A stretch of 64,000 nucleotides of DNA from the human T2T-CHM13v2.0 reference genome, Homo sapiens (GCF_009914755.1 NC_060925.1); one strand, 5' to 3'. Shown: positions 41,750 to 58,285, numbered from the stretch's first letter. Program-made: numbers and translations. Notes: generated by a model not told the origin, from the sequence alone.

Positions 41750-41823
41750 CTATTTATTCAATGACCCATGAAGTAAAAAGTCAAGTTATCCAGCCCACAT
41801 ATGCCCAAACAATGATCTCACTC

Positions 41824-42365
41824 TGTGGTAAGAAGGATTTTAAGATGGCCCGTAAGATTCCCACATCCTGGTATACATGCCCTAAATAATCCCCTCTCAT
41901 TTCATGTAAATTGGACCTATGACTATGATGAACTATATCTCTTATGAATAAGTTATTCATCAATTAACTTTTAGTTAACTGAAAGGAATGTTACCCTGAG
42001 TGGATCTGGTCTAAACAGGTGAGACATTTAAATGACAGGGATGCATTGAAGAGACGCACTCCTGCTGGCATAGAAGGAAGCAAACTATATTTGTAAAGAA
42101 GACTATGTGGCAGGAAATTATAACTCACCTCTTGGAGTGAGGCCTTTCATTTTATGATATGAGAAACTGAATTCTGCCAACAAACAGTGATTGTGGAAGG
42201 GACAGCTGAGCCTCAGAAGAAACCCAAGCCCCAGCCAACACTTGAGTTTAGCCTGGTGAGACTGAGCAGAGGCCTCAGCTAGGTGGACACCCAGACTCCT
42301 AACCCATGGACAGTGTGAGAAAATAAATTGTTTTGTGTTAGGGCGATGGGTCTGTGGTAATTAGC
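41824..42365 (+). mobile_element. MLT1E/F-like LTR
   Basis: TGTGGTAAG..GATTTTAAGATGGCCC, CTGAATTCTGCCAACAA, CCCAGCCAACACTTGA, TGTGAGAAAATAAA. Confidence 0.75.
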
Positions 42366-42834
42366 CCAGCTTTCTCTGTCATTTTTTATTCTACCTTTGG
42401 GCCTTCCTTCATTTTTTATGACGCGGTTCATATTTTCAGGAAAGCAACCCTCTGAGTCTACAGTATGCATTTCAAAAGTGGGGCCAGAGGCCTCATTTAA
42501 TTTGAATTTCCTCCGTCCCTTAGAGTCCAAGCTGGAAGGAGTTTTAGTATGACATTTATTTAAATAACTTTGTTTTTTCAGTGAATTTGGGGAGGATTCA
42601 TTCTATGCTCCAAAAGTCACATCCATAATTCATTTTATGACAAACTTCTCTCCTTTAAGAGTGTCAGTTTAATGTGTGACAATATTCATATGATTTTTTA
42701 GGAGCCAGTTTGTTAAGCTGGGAAGATCTATCAGGCATAGCCTTAAATGGTTTTGAGGTTTGAAGAAAAGGCCTTACTCTGACATCCTTGCTTTAACCTT
42801 TAGCTTGAGACTACTTATAAGTTCCAGAGATATG

Positions 42835-43095
42835 CTGTAAAACATATTGCCTATAGTTAATATATGGTATTGTGCACTTAATTTGTTAAGAGGGTATGCA
42901 TATCTCATGCTAAATGTTCTGACCACAAAACATACACAAAGAACATTTCGAGGTGATAGTGGTATTTTTTTTTTACCTTGGTTACGGTGATGGCATGAGT
43001 GAGTTTATGCATATGTCCAAACTCATCAATTTCTATACATTAAATATATGCAGATATTTGTGTATCAGTCATACTCAAATAAAGACGTTTTGAAA
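42835..43095 (+). mobile_element. L1MA/MB 3' terminal fragment
   Basis: CTATAGTTAATA...TTTGTTAAGAGGGTA...ATGTCCAAACTCATCAA...CTCAAATAAAG. Confidence 0.65.
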
Positions 43096-43529
43096 ATCAT
43101 TGCCAGGTTGAGAGACTGAGGATGAAAAGCTTTATTTTCCAAACCAACAAGTCATTGCATAGCTAAAAGAAGCCACATGTTACTTTGCATTTCTGCCAGA
43201 ACATGTCTTTAGTCAGATACACCAGTCATTAGGTACAGTTAATGTCATCCAAGGTCCTACTGCAGGAATTATGTTGGCCAATTGTTCTGCCTTTACACAC
43301 ATGGGTTCTCACCATCCCAGCCTCCAACAGTGGTTTCCCCACAGCTCTGACAGACACAGTAACAGTTTGTTGCAATTCCACAGCCTCAGACTTTGGGTCT
43401 CCTCCCTGCTTTTCTTCGCTAATATCAGTCTCCTAGCTTTTCTTCCAGCCTCCATCTGCCAGCTGACCTCAAAGCAAAGTTGCATGTTCTAACTTTTTGT
43501 TATGACAGACAGCACACCAAGGTACTATT

Positions 43530-44030
43530 TCTATTTCAGATGTGCATTTGTAATTACACACATACACATAACATACACATACCAAAATTTAGTAGCGGAA
43601 AACAAGGACAACATTATTGTCTCGTGATTCTATGAGTCAGCAATTTGAGCTGGACTCAATTGGATGTTTCTACTGTTGCGCTCTACAAGAGGCTCTCACA
43701 TAGCTGCAGTCATGTGGTGGCTTATTTGAAGCTCGATGGCCTGAGGTGGCCACACTTCCATAGTAGGTGGTTAATGTTAGATGTTATCTGAGTAAAATGT
43801 CTACAGCTTATTAGCCTGGACTTCTTCACCTGTTGGAAATGTTTTTAGGGCATAAGTAAGTCCCAATGCAAAAAGAGTTTTTTAATATCTATTTTTGTAT
43901 TACATTTGATTTTGTTCTATTGGACAAAGCTAGTCACATGGTCAAACTCAGGTTCAATGGGGAGGTGACTAGGCAGGACATACATCGATAGATACAGAAA
44001 GGGTCATTGGGGCCACTACTCTGACAGCTT
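43530..44030 (-). mobile_element. Old MLT1-type LTR
   Basis: CCAAAATTTAGTAGC..AAACAA, GATTCTATGAGTCAG.AATTTG.GCTGG.CTCA, ATTGGACAAAGCTAGTCACATGG. Confidence 0.55.
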
Positions 44031-47000
44031 TCAGAGTCTGGGAATAAATAGGAATACCCTTTAATGGTAAGATGATGAGTTGAAAATGCTATGGCTCCTA
44101 GTGACACCATATAAAATTTCTGGTACCATGCCTGGATTTGTTATTTGTGTCTTTCAATGCAAACTGGACCATCTGATTACCCTCAAGGAGGTCACCTTTG
44201 TTACAAATTATTTTTTTCTAGACCACCACCAAATCTGATCTAATTTTTATCCTGATTTCCTATGGGTTTGCATTACTGAGGTCCAGCAATTATATCATTT
44301 GATTCCGTGTGAATTTCTAGAGGTACTCTCATTCTTTTGTAGAACACTTTATTCCAAGGATGTCCTGATGTAACTTTCTTCTGTTCCCTCAGGTGCAGAG
44401 TGCTTTTTCCACCAAAGAAGAGACATTGTACTCTTTTTGGGGTTATATTAATGACTGTGAGTATCTTCCCCAAAATAATTTATATTCTCTTTAGAAAGAA
44501 AGATTTCTGAGCAACTTCATATGATAATAAACCTAATTTAACTTTAAGAATCATATTTTCGAATAAGTAGGCTTGAAAGTATCCTTTCCTATTTCTGCCA
44601 TGATTTCCTAATAAAAATTCTGAGCTACTGACCTACTTATAAGAATTAACTTGTAACATAAATCAGTCCAATCAATTCATGTCCTCAGTGTATCTCAAAC
44701 TAAGTCAGAATAAAGGAGCCACTTTTGTCTTTAGTAATGTAGATATTAGAAAATAATCCTTGAAATTCCACTAGTCATATCATCTTCTCCACACTGAGTG
44801 ATGATGAGAGTTTGAGCACACAGAAAAATAATGAAGATAATATAGAGGAAAGAAAATTCTAATGACTTTGGAGTCATTTGTTCTGTTCAATTCCAGGGGT
44901 TACTATTTATTTTTTTCTAGATACATTTTCTAATAATTACACTTTTATATATTTGGAAATGTATTTTTCTCTGTTACTTGCAAAGAACATTGTTCTTGAT
45001 TAATATAAAAGCCCAATAAAATCATTAATTCCAGGGATAAAGAACTCCACTAGAGAGATTATAGCAAGAAAAGTTTAATTATAATTATATATTACCTAAA
45101 ACTAATGACATTTTTATGGTATATAAAAGGTTTATGTTTTCACATTGTATGTTCATTCTCATTTCATACCCTTTTTGCAGAATTCACCTCTCTGTCCTCC
45201 TCAATGCCATCTGTCTTTTGTTTGGTCTCCCTGATGTTAGTCACGAAGTCTGCTTAGAAGGATTTATGTCTTACTTTGATATAGGTTCTATACTCAATGC
45301 TAGGGAACAATCATTGGCAAGATGTGTCTCCTTTACTCAAAGAGGTTTTAATGGTCTATGTTTGGAAAAGAGACATACAGTCATTAGAATGCAATATTGT
45401 GAAAGTTGACAAGGGAAATTCTTGGGGTTATGGGAATCTTCAATATCTTTATTGAGAAATACAGATATACACATTTATCAAAACTCATAAAATGATGAAT
45501 TTGTAGTATTTTATTGTGTATAAATTATGCCTCAATAAAAGTTCATTGTAATGTGCTGAAAGAATAAATGATAAAGAAGCATATGTTTGCTGATGACAGT
45601 TTTGCACCAATTCCTTTTTATTTTTACTTTTCCTCCCTTTAGGTTTCTTACTATGGCCTTCAATAAATTGTAACTCCAGGCTTAAATTTGATCAAATATT
45701 CTTCTAGTGGGTCATGAGGCTATTGAGTGTCACAACAAAAGATTTCCATTTAATTTTGTAATATGCCTGATAATAAGGAAAAAATATATTAAAAATGAAA
45801 ACTAGGAAAAGATGTAAAGTCAGTGAGTAATTTTGGGAGATAATACAGGAAATAATTGATAAATAGTAAATTGAGACTGAGGAAATAAGAGTCAGAAAAA
45901 CTATACAGGTTAAACTTCATTCTATAAGTGTTTAAACTTTAGCTTAGGCAGTCTGCATTTTTGTTTTTCATCTATTTTACAGATAATCCTTTGAAAATTT
46001 ATCATGATCTTTCCTTTAATAAAATAAGTAGAACTCAGAATAAAATAAAGTAACCCCAAGTTAAAACTACAGCAATTTAACCACCATCTGGAAAAGTGAC
46101 CCTGTCTATGACCTCCACAGTTACACTTTACTATGCTCCATGCTCTTTGATGTGGAGCTAGAACCTCACACCAAGAAGTGATTTATATGCAGAAAAAATG
46201 ATATCCACACATCTCTAGGGAACCATATTCATTTATTAATTCACTGTGCATGTTTCTTTAATAAGAAGTTCAATAAAATAAGTGTACAATACTTACATAT
46301 TTATTTTCCAAATAATTTTTAGATGCAGATTTCAACTTTCCAATTTGTAGCAAGATTTAAGTGCCAGAGCTTAGATTTTTAGTTATTAAAGTATTGTTGA
46401 CATCTTCAACACTATCTTTTAAAAGTACCTTATATTTTATTATAATATTTCTCTAGCATGGTTTTTGAACTTATATTCATTTACATATTATTATTACCTC
46501 AAAAAAGCCATATGCAGGGCTTGCTGCAACTTTAAAAATGTTATATATGTGGAAATATATATTTTTTAAATGGCTGCATTGAATTGGCAAACCCAAGCTT
46601 TCCTGTTCTCATTTGCCAATGCCAGCCTTTGCTTTAAGCAACCAAATGTCTAAGGCTGTCAAAATTAGAACAATGACAAGGCAAATGAATCTGGATTTTC
46701 AGTTCACCCTAGACAGCAACAGCAACTGCTTTTGGAAACATTTTATAGATTTAGGTGTGTAAGAATAGATCTTGAAAGATGCTTTTCTTCTTCATAAGAA
46801 ATAATCCTGAAGTTGAAACTTGTCCCCAAAGACCTGATGCTTTCAATATTTCCTCTTCTATATACTTAAAATAAATTTGAATAAAACAATATTATTTGTA
46901 AATTATTATGAAATAATCACCATACAGCTTCCATTTCCTTGTTTCTAATTTCTACTTGGAAAATTTTTGAACTTATTTGAGAAGCGTCTCATATTTTAAT

Positions 47001-47180
47001 TGAACTCACAAAATGCAGATATTAAGTGATTTATCAAATCAGATTTGCTTATGCAATTACTGTTAGAATTTTTCAAAGTAATTTACTTAAAATATCTTAA
47101 GAAAAATGCAAAGTAATATAATATAATAAAAACAGACCAGAATTCCTCTCTCAAATTATTATTATATGGGAAAAAATAGA

Positions 47181-49253
<2,073 letters not shown>

Positions 49254-50348
49254 TCAGTTTACTTTATATCTAAAGTCTGTCCTCTGCAAGATTTTCAAAA
49301 TCATTGCAACGGGGAGAATCAAAAGCAAATTGTGAAACAAAATAATTTCATGTGACTTTATAGACCAACCATTTTTCAAGTGATTGGCTGAAATTTTTTG
49401 TAATATGTTTAAATCAACACTATTACAGAGTTAAGGGAAGGCTTATGGTGTTTTTATTTTACTTTAAAAGGGCAAATAATGTTTTTGGAATACTCTTTCA
49501 TAATTTTTTACAAGTATTTATTTGCAAATGTATTGATTGCATACAATTCTAAGTTGTATATATATTCTTCTATGATAGATAATGCTATATTATTTTGAAA
49601 TAATATAACCAACAAATTTTGGTTGCTATCACTCAATTTGCTATTTTCTGGTGTTTGCAGTACCTGTCACTGTGTAACAAGCCACTCTAAAATTGAATGG
49701 TCTAAACCATTTTATTATTCTTATGGTATCTCTGAGTTACAGATTCAGAAATGGGACAGTGAAGACAGATCTTGTCACCTTCATAATATTTGGGGCCTCA
49801 GCTGTAATCGCTGGTTAAAATACTTGCAGCTGGGCAATTCCATTCCATGTGGCTTGTTTTACTTACTTACATGTTTGGCTCCTACTGGGATGGCTGAGGA
49901 CAGGCGGTGTTGACTGGGGTATTCCAGCAAATAATGTGGATGCTGAAGAGTGTATATGACAGAGTTTCATTATTCAGCTTCTACAGTTTTGCTGGAATAC
50001 TTTCTCTGGGAATACTTCCTGTTAGAGCCCTGAGACTGCCATACTGGGAGGCCACATACACTCCAGTCAATAGTCCCTGCTGTACCCATTCTACAACCAT
50101 CCCAGCTGATGATCCAAAGCACCATAGTGGATGCATCTTCAAAATAAAATGAAATCATCTATAACTGATAATGATATCTGAACAATTTGTAATGTGTATA
50201 ATTATTGAAAAGATACTTCAAAAACTCAAGTCCTATTTGCTGTTAATTATTGTCAACTATGTTAAAGCCATTAAAACACTGCCTATAATTCAATAATTGT
50301 GATTGTTATTCCTTCTGATAAAGCAGATTATTACTAAAATTGTGAAAC

Positions 50349-51453
50349 TATCGGGGGAAATTCAGCCAGATATCGGGCGAAATTCACCCCTGATATTTCA
50401 TGTAGGTTCTTTTCTATATTCTCTAAGTGTCAGCCAGTCTGAGAAATAAAGGGACAGAGTACAAAAGAGAGAAATTTTAAAGCTGGGCGTCCAGGGGAGA
50501 CATCACCTGTCGGCAGGTTCCGTGATGCCCCCTGAGTGGTAAAACTGCAAGTTTTTATTAGTGATTTTCAAAAGGGGAGGCAGTGTATGCATAGGGTGTG
50601 GGTCACAGAGATCACATGCTTCACAAGGTAATAAGATATCACAAGGCAAATGGAGGCAGGGCGAGATCACGGGACCACAGGACAGGGGTGAAATTAAAAT
50701 TGCTAATGGAGTTTCGGGCCTGCATTGTCATTGATAACATCTTGTCAGGAGACAGACAGGGTTTGAGAGCAGACAAGTGGTCTGACCAAAATTTATTAGG
50801 TGGGAATTTCCTCATCCTAATAAGCCTGGGAGCGCTATGGGAAACTGGGGCTTATTTCATCCCTATAGCTCGACCATAAAAGATGGCCGCCCACCGAAGC
50901 AGCCATTTCAGAGGCCTACCCTCAGGGATGCATTCTCTTTCTCAGGGATGTTCCTTGCTGAGAAAAATAATTCAGAGATATTTCTCCCATTTGCTTTTGA
51001 AAGAAGAGAAATATGGCTCTGTTCCGCCCAGCTCACCAGCGGTCAGAGTTTAAGGTTATCTCTCTCGTTCCCTGAACATTGCTGTTATCCTGTTCTTTTT
51101 TCAAGGTGCCCAGATTTCATACTGTTCAAACACACATGCTCTATAATTTGTGCAGTTAATCATCACAGGGTCCTGAGGCGACATACATCCTCCTCAGTTT
51201 ACAAGATGACAGGATTAAGAGATTAAAGTAAAGATAGGCATAGGAAATCACAAGGGTATTGATTGGGGAAGTGATAAGTGTCCATAAAATCTTCACAATT
51301 TATGTTCAGAGATTGCAGTAAAGACAGGCATAAGAAATTATAAAAGTATTAATTTGGGAAACTAATAAATGTCCATGAAATCGTCACAATTTATGTTCTT
51401 CTGCCACAGCTTCAGCCGGTCCCTCCGTTCGGGGTCCCTGACTTCCCACAACA
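50349..51453 (-). mobile_element. MER11 (HERV-K11/HML-8) solo LTR, MER11B/C-like
   Basis: Reverse complement begins TGTTGTGGGAAGTCAGGGACCCCGAACGGAGGGACCGGCTG and ends GAATTTCCCCCGATA; flanked by GAAAC(TA) at 50344 and 51454; internal direct repeat of about 90 bp at 51219-51398. Confidence 0.92.
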
Positions 51454-53818
51454 GAAACTACTAATTTTTTAAATTTTATATTTTGTCCAAAAAATAACAA
51501 TCTCTTCGTATTTTATGCTGTCTACCTTAATTATTTGTGTGGCTTAGACATTGCACTATTTTAGTATTGTTATTCTTTCTTCTTTCCAAATAGATACTAT
51601 TCTGTTTCCTCTTTATCTTTCTTTTTAATTGTTGCCAGACAAAAAAGTTTTCTGTGGAATTTCCTTTTGAAGAAAATATCTGTTCTCTCATCTTCTCTTA
51701 AAAGGTATTTTTTTTTAGTTTATTTCATTCTACAAATAAATATCATTTTCATTTAAATATAAAATTTCCTTTTTGACAGGTAACAGTTGAATATTTTAAA
51801 TAAGAAAGATATATGTATGGTATGGCTTGTCTGATGCTAAACTCAGGGATGAGGAGGTGCAACACATGTCACATTTCTGCAAAACCTGATGATGGCAAAC
51901 AGAAGAAAGGTAGATGGTGTCCAAGATTCTCTTTTAGGAAGTGTTCAGATATGGCATCTCGTAAGTGTAGACAGGTTTTATTTGATATGTTAATTGATAA
52001 TTTATAGAAATAATGCTTATAAGCTCATTCTAAAAGTGAAAATCACATGAAATAGTCCCCAAAAAGCCACAAAATGAAATGACCCCATTAGTTAGAAGAT
52101 AAACAAAGGATTCTTCAGAAAATGAGTGATTTTAATAAATTCCTAGAAAAAAGAGATTGAGAGGACAATAATGAATGAAACAAAGCCATTCATAGCCTGA
52201 AATATGCTAATGAGAGGGCAGCAATGAGGGAAAAAACAAAAACAGAAACAAAAATTAATCTACACAATAAATCTTGAGTCTTCCTTTTTGAAATTTGGAG
52301 GTAAAATAAGAGTCAGTAGAGGGAAGTGGGCCTTAAAATAGGTCAGTTGACTAAAGATATGTACATGGAAAGCTAAGTCAGTATGATCCTTTTTCTCATT
52401 AAACTTTAATATCTGTCTTTAGCAGTTCTCGCATATTTTTGACATTTTCCCTATTAAAGTAAAAATCTCTTATTTCTTAACTTTCTGGTATGGAACTGTG
52501 CTATATCTTCTTGGCATATAATCATTCTTCTCTGTGTGTGTGTTTGTTTGTGTGCATATGTGTGTGTGTCTCTCACACACACACATGCACACAAACACAT
52601 ACAGTCCCCATTATTCCCAATTATAGGAATACTGACTGTTCATGGCTCATAAGCCTCAGAGGCAGGGAACTGCCTCAACCAAGTTTATGTCCTTTGGATT
52701 GGGCAGTGCATAGCTCATAATTAGCTGATATGGAGGTACAAAGGCATGACCTCCTTCTTTCAATTCAGGACAACTCTGCCCACCCTGAATGTTCCCCAGG
52801 TTTGGATGTGCTTCATTGGAATCCTTAGTACTTTTCATTCCCTCTTTGTTCAGTCCTCATCTCCTGGAAAACATATCATCACTCAAGAGCACTTCACAAT
52901 AGTCCCTTTAAAAACAGGATATTCTTATTCTTTTTTTTTTTTTTTTCACCTAAGGTGATTCTTGGAATGTTGCCTCAGAGCCAGTGGGGTCTCCAAAGAT
53001 CCTTTCAGAGGATTTGCAAGGTCAAAATATTTTCACAGCAATAGTAATCTCTTATATGCTCCTTTCACTCTTAACTTTCCAATTTATACTCCCATGTGGA
53101 GTTTTACAGAAGATACCTGAATTTATGCCTGTATGCACTTGTGTTTTCTGAAACGTTTAAGTTAGTAGATTTGTGATTTTTCAAAGATTAAACTCAGTTA
53201 TCAGTATTTCAACTATGATCTATCTATCATCTATCTATGTAATCAGTTATCTATCCAATTATACCTGTTGCAATCCCTGTAAAATCATTATTATCCAATA
53301 AATTATTATTTTGTAATTCTAAAAATTTTCTTATTGTCTTGTTTCATCATAGTATTTTTTATACTTTTTTAAAAATGTCAAAAATCTTGTCTAAAATTTA
53401 TCACTTTAGTAATGATTTATTCAACAATAAAATTCATTTTATTTTGGATGAATTAGGATGAATTATTAGCTTAATAAAATATTAGAAAAAGTACTTTCTC
53501 AACATATAGCTGTATCACTTACATCTAAAAATGCTAGAAAAAAGATGAACTGATATAACACAGAATTCTCTGATGTATGGAAGGGAAATGCTGAAAAACT
53601 TCTAATAAATAGAAACAAAATTATTAACAAGATGGCTTTTCTTGTCATTGTAAATATTAATAATCTCCATGATTGTTTCTTATACAGCAGAATGCATTCA
53701 AATAATATATGGTGCTAAGTTTCAATGTCACATCAAATCCAATCATTTCAGTACTTAAAAATTTAAAAAAGAAAAATGATAAATGTAGATGTGATACGCT
53801 CTTAAATAACCAACAATT

Positions 53819-54515
53819 TTGATGGGAATTGCATTAAATTTGTAGATTGCTTTTGGCAATATGGTCATTTTCACAATATTGATGCTACCCATCTATGAGC
53901 ATGGAATGTTTATCCATTTGTTTGTGTCATCTATGATTTCCTTTAGCAATGTTTTGTAGTTTTCCTTGTAGAGGTCTTTCACCTCCTTGGTTAGGTATAT
54001 TCCTAAGTAGTTTCTTCTTCTTATATATATATTTCGCAGCTATTGTAAAGGGGTTGAGTTCTTGATTTGATTATCAGCTTGGTCACTATTTGTGTATAGA
54101 AGAGCTACTGATTGGTGTACATTAATTTTGTATCCAGAAACTTTGCTGAATTCCTTTATCAGTTCTAGGAGCTTTCTGGAGGAGTCTTTAGTGTTTTCTA
54201 GGTAAACGATCATATCATCAGCAAACAGTGACAGTTTGACTTCCTCTTTACCTACTTGGATGTCCTCTCTTTCTTTTGTCTGATTGCTCTGGCTAGGACT
54301 TCCAGTACTATGTTGAAGAGGAGTGGTGAGAGTGGGCATCCTTGTCTTGTTCCAGTTCTCAGAGGGAATGCTTTCAACTCTTCCCCATTCACTATTATAT
54401 TGGCTGTGGGTTTGTCATAGGTGGCTTTTATTAAATTGAAGTATGTCTCTTGTATGCCTATTTTGCTGAGAGTTTTAATCATAAAGGGATGTTAGATTTT
54501 GTCAAATGCTTTTTC
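53819..54515 (-). mobile_element. Inverted 5' segment of L1PB1 (ORF2 RT)
   Basis: ORFs 54040-54339 and 54252-54482 ([20 protein letters not shown]) on the minus strand. Confidence 0.92.
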
Positions 54516-55284
54516 TTTCCCATCAGCATACCACCATCATTCTTCACAGAATTAGAAAAAAACACTTCTAAAATTCATACGGAATCAACCCTCATAGTCA
54601 AAGCAAGACTAAGCCAAAAGAACAAATCTGAAAGCATCACATTACCTGATTTCAAACTATACTATAAGGCCACAGCAACCCAAACAGCATGGTAGTAGCA
54701 TAAAAATAGTCACAAAGACCAATGGAACAGAATAGATAACCCAGAAATAAACCCAAATACTTACAGCTGACTGATCTTTGACAACGTAAACAAAAATATA
54801 AAGTGGGTAAATGAAACCCATTTCAACATATGATGCTGGGATAATTGGCTAGCCACATGTAGGAGAATGAAACTCAATCCTTATCTCTCTCACCTTATAA
54901 AAATATCAACTCAAGATGGATTAAAGACTTAAACCTAAGACCTGAAGCTATAAATATTCTAAAGGTAATATTGGAAAAAACCCTTCTAGACATTGGCTTA
55001 GGTAAGGATTTCATGACAAAAACCCAAAAGCAAATGTAATAAAAACAAAGATAAATTGCTGGGACTTAAATACACGTAAGAGCTTTTGCACAGCAAAAGG
55101 AACAGTAAGTGGAGTAAACAGACAACCCAAAGAGTGGGAAAAATCTTTACAATCTATACACCTGATAAAGGACTAATATCCAGAATCTACAATGAACTCA
55201 AACATATCAACAAGAAAAAAACAAACAATCCCATCAAAGAGTGAGCTAAGGACATCAATGGACAATTCTCAAAAGAAGATATGA

Positions 55285-55596
55285 GGCTGGGCGCAGTGGC
55301 TCACGCCTGTAATCCCAGCACTTTGGGAGGCCAAGGCAGGCAGATCATGAGGTCAAGAGATCAAGACCAGTCTGGCCACCATGGTAAAACCCTGTCTCTA
55401 CTAAAAATGCAAAAATATTAGCTGGGCATGGTGGCACACATCTGTAGTCCCAGCTACTCAGGAGGCTAAGGCAGAAGAATCGTTTGAACCAGAAGGTGGA
55501 GGTTGCAGTGAACCGAGATCACACCACTGCACTCCAGCCTGGCGACAGAGCAGGACTCCATCTCAGAACAACAACAACAATAGCAACAACAACAAC
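55285..55596 (+). mobile_element. AluSc-like element nested in L1PB1, (CAA)n tail
   Basis: TCAAGAGATCAAGACC and CCTGGCGACAGAG diagnostics; TSD core AAGATATG on both sides. Confidence 0.92.
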
Positions 55597-56081
55597 AAAA
55601 AAGATATGCAAATGGCCAACAAACATAGGAAAAAATGCTCAACATCACTAATGATCAGGGAAATGCAAATCAAAACCACAGTGAGATACGACCTTACTCC
55701 TGCAAGAATTAAATAATAATTAAATTTTTTATTAAATAATAATTATTTAATAATTAAATAAAATAAATAATTACTAAATTAAATAATAAAAATATTAGAT
55801 GTCGGCATGGAACAGGGAACACTTCTACACTGCTGGTGGGAATGCAAACTCATACAAACACTATGGAAAACAGTGTGGAGATTTCTTAAACAACTAAAAG
55901 TAGAACTACTATTTGATCCAGCAATCCCACTACTGGGTGTCTACTCAGAGGAAAAAAAAGTTGTTGTTATACAAAAAAGATACTTGCACACGCATGTTTA
56001 TAGCAGCACAATTCACAATTGCAAAAATGTGGAACCAACCCTAATGCCCATCAATCAATGAGTGGATGAAGACACTGTGAG

Positions 56082-56190
56082 ATATATATATATAGTGTAT
56101 ATGTATACACTATATATGTATATATACACATATACATATACATAGTGTATATGTGTGTGTGTATACACACACACACACACACACACACAC
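56082..56190. repeat. Compound (TA)n/(CA)n microsatellite in the L1PB1 3' region
   Basis: Read directly from the sequence. Confidence 0.9.
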
Positions 56191-57274
56191 AATGGAATAC
56201 TACTCAGCCATAAAAATAAATGAATTAATGGCATTCATAGCCACCTGGATGAGATTGGAGAATATTATCCTAAGTGAAGTAACTCAGGAATGGAAAACCA
56301 AACATCATATGTTTTCAGTCATAAGTGGGAGCTAATCTGTGAGGATGCAAAGGCATAAGAATGACACAATGGACTTTGGGAACTTGAGGGAAAAGAGTGG
56401 GAAGGGAGTGAGCGATAAAAGACTACAAATAGGGATCAGTGTATACTACTCAGGGGATGGGTGCACCACACTCTCACAAATCACCACTAAAGGACTTACT
56501 CATTTAACCAAACACCACCTGCTCCCCAATAACTTATGGAAATAAAAAATTAAAATACATTTAAAAACCCCAACAATTGTTTGTTACATATTTTCAACTA
56601 CAAATTAAGGAGCCAGAAAAGCAGCTCAGAGAGTAAGTTGTCATTGGCTAGAGAAGCAACAAAATAGTTGAGAAACTATAATTTATTCCTTAGTTGACAC
56701 AACTGAAACGTTGCTGAATGAAAGAATCAGTAAAGCAAATCATAGCACTGCCACCACTTTTCAGTATTACAGTAGCTTGTCAATTTAAAGATTTAGCTGC
56801 AAACAGCAAGTTAATATTTGATCTATGGATAGATTTACAAATATGGCTGGACTTGCTGTTTTGCTTGCTTCTTTCCATTCAGTGTTGGTCCCAAATTATC
56901 ACTGAAGAAAATATATATGTGTATTGATGTGTGTGGGGTGTGGGATGCTGAGCAACAAGAACTAAAGACTGCTGACATAATCAAATGTTAAGTAGTTTTT
57001 TAATCTCCTGATTTATCCTAGCACCACTCTGTTAACATTTGCTCTGATGGTGATAAAGCAATAGTGGTTAAACTGTAGATTCCTTTACACAAAACAAGAC
57101 AGTGACACTGAACTGTATTAGGAGTCATTGTATTCCTTACTGCCACACATTGGCTGATTAAAAAGAAAAAAAAATCTAGTTTCACTTACAAATGTCCCAA
57201 AAGAAAGTGAACATTACTACATTTTATTAAATTTAGACACTTGTTAGCATATGCCTATTTTTAATATGCCTACT

Positions 57275-58285
57275 GAGATTTAATTGCCATAGCGTAAACT
57301 GCACATATTTAGAGCAGGCAGTTTAATAATTTTTGACATATATAAACCATCATAAAACCATTACTACAATAAAGACAGTGAGCAAATCTATCAGCCCCAA
57401 AACTGTCCCCATGCTCTTGAGTAATCACTCTCACCTTTCCAAGCCACCTGTCCCTTTCCCAGTCCCCTGGCAACCAATGTTTTCTTCATTATAGTTTGCA
57501 TTTTCTACAATTTCATGTAAATGTAATTTTATAGTATATGCTTTTAGCTTTTCTTACATGCAGAGTTATTTTTATATTCATGTTGTTGTGTGTGTCAACA
57601 TTTCATTCAATTTTATTGCTGAGTATTCTGCTGTTGTATAATTATTTTACATTTTGTATATCCAGACACCTGTAATGGGGCATTTGATCATTTAATTTTT
57701 TTCTTTTACAAATAAAGCTGTTATGAAAGTTTATAACACAATTTGATCGGCTATGTGCTTTTAATTTTTCCTGGGTAATACCTAGGAGTAGAATGGCTGG
57801 ATCACATAGAAGGTGTATGGTTAACACTTTAGGAAACTGCCAAACTGTTTTTCCAGGGAATTGTATAGTTTTACATTCCCATTAACAATGTATAAGAGTT
57901 CCAATGCCTCTGCATCTTCACCAACACTTGAAAGTTCTTTAAAAATTAGACATTCAAGTAGGTGTTTAGGGGTTTCTCATATTGTACTTTTAATTTGCAC
58001 ATTGCTAATGAAGAATGTTGATGTTGAGTATCTTTCCATGTGCTCATTTGCCATCTGTATATCTTCACCAGTGAAGTAAATGCCCAAATCACTGACTATT
58101 TTTTATACGGTGATTTTGTTTCTTATTGAAGTTTGAGAGCTCTTAATATATTTTATATATAAATCTTTCATCAGATGGGTGACTTGAAATCATTTTCTAT
58201 CAGTGTCTGGACTTTTTATCTTATTTATGATGTATTTTGAAAAACAGAATTTTTAAAATTTTGATGAAGACAAGTTTATCATTTC
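57275..58285 (-). mobile_element. L1MB/L1MC 3' fragment inserted in Charlie1
   Basis: TTTATTGCTGAGTA, ATACCTAGGAGTAGAATGGCTGGATC, GAAACTGCCAAACTGTTTTCCA. Confidence 0.8.

Larger units (their letters stand above)
54516..56563 (+). mobile_element. L1PB1 3' segment
   Basis: ORF2 C-terminus and L1PB1-type 3'UTR (GAGGATGCAAAGGCATAAGAATGA...TATGGAAATAAAAAATT); TSD AAATAACCAACAATT (53804-53818) / AAAACCCCAACAATT (56564-56578). Confidence 0.92.

Noticed and set aside
51219-51398. Direct repeat of about 90 bp as a locus-specific duplication
   Set aside because: I recall it as part of the normal MER11 LTR structure.
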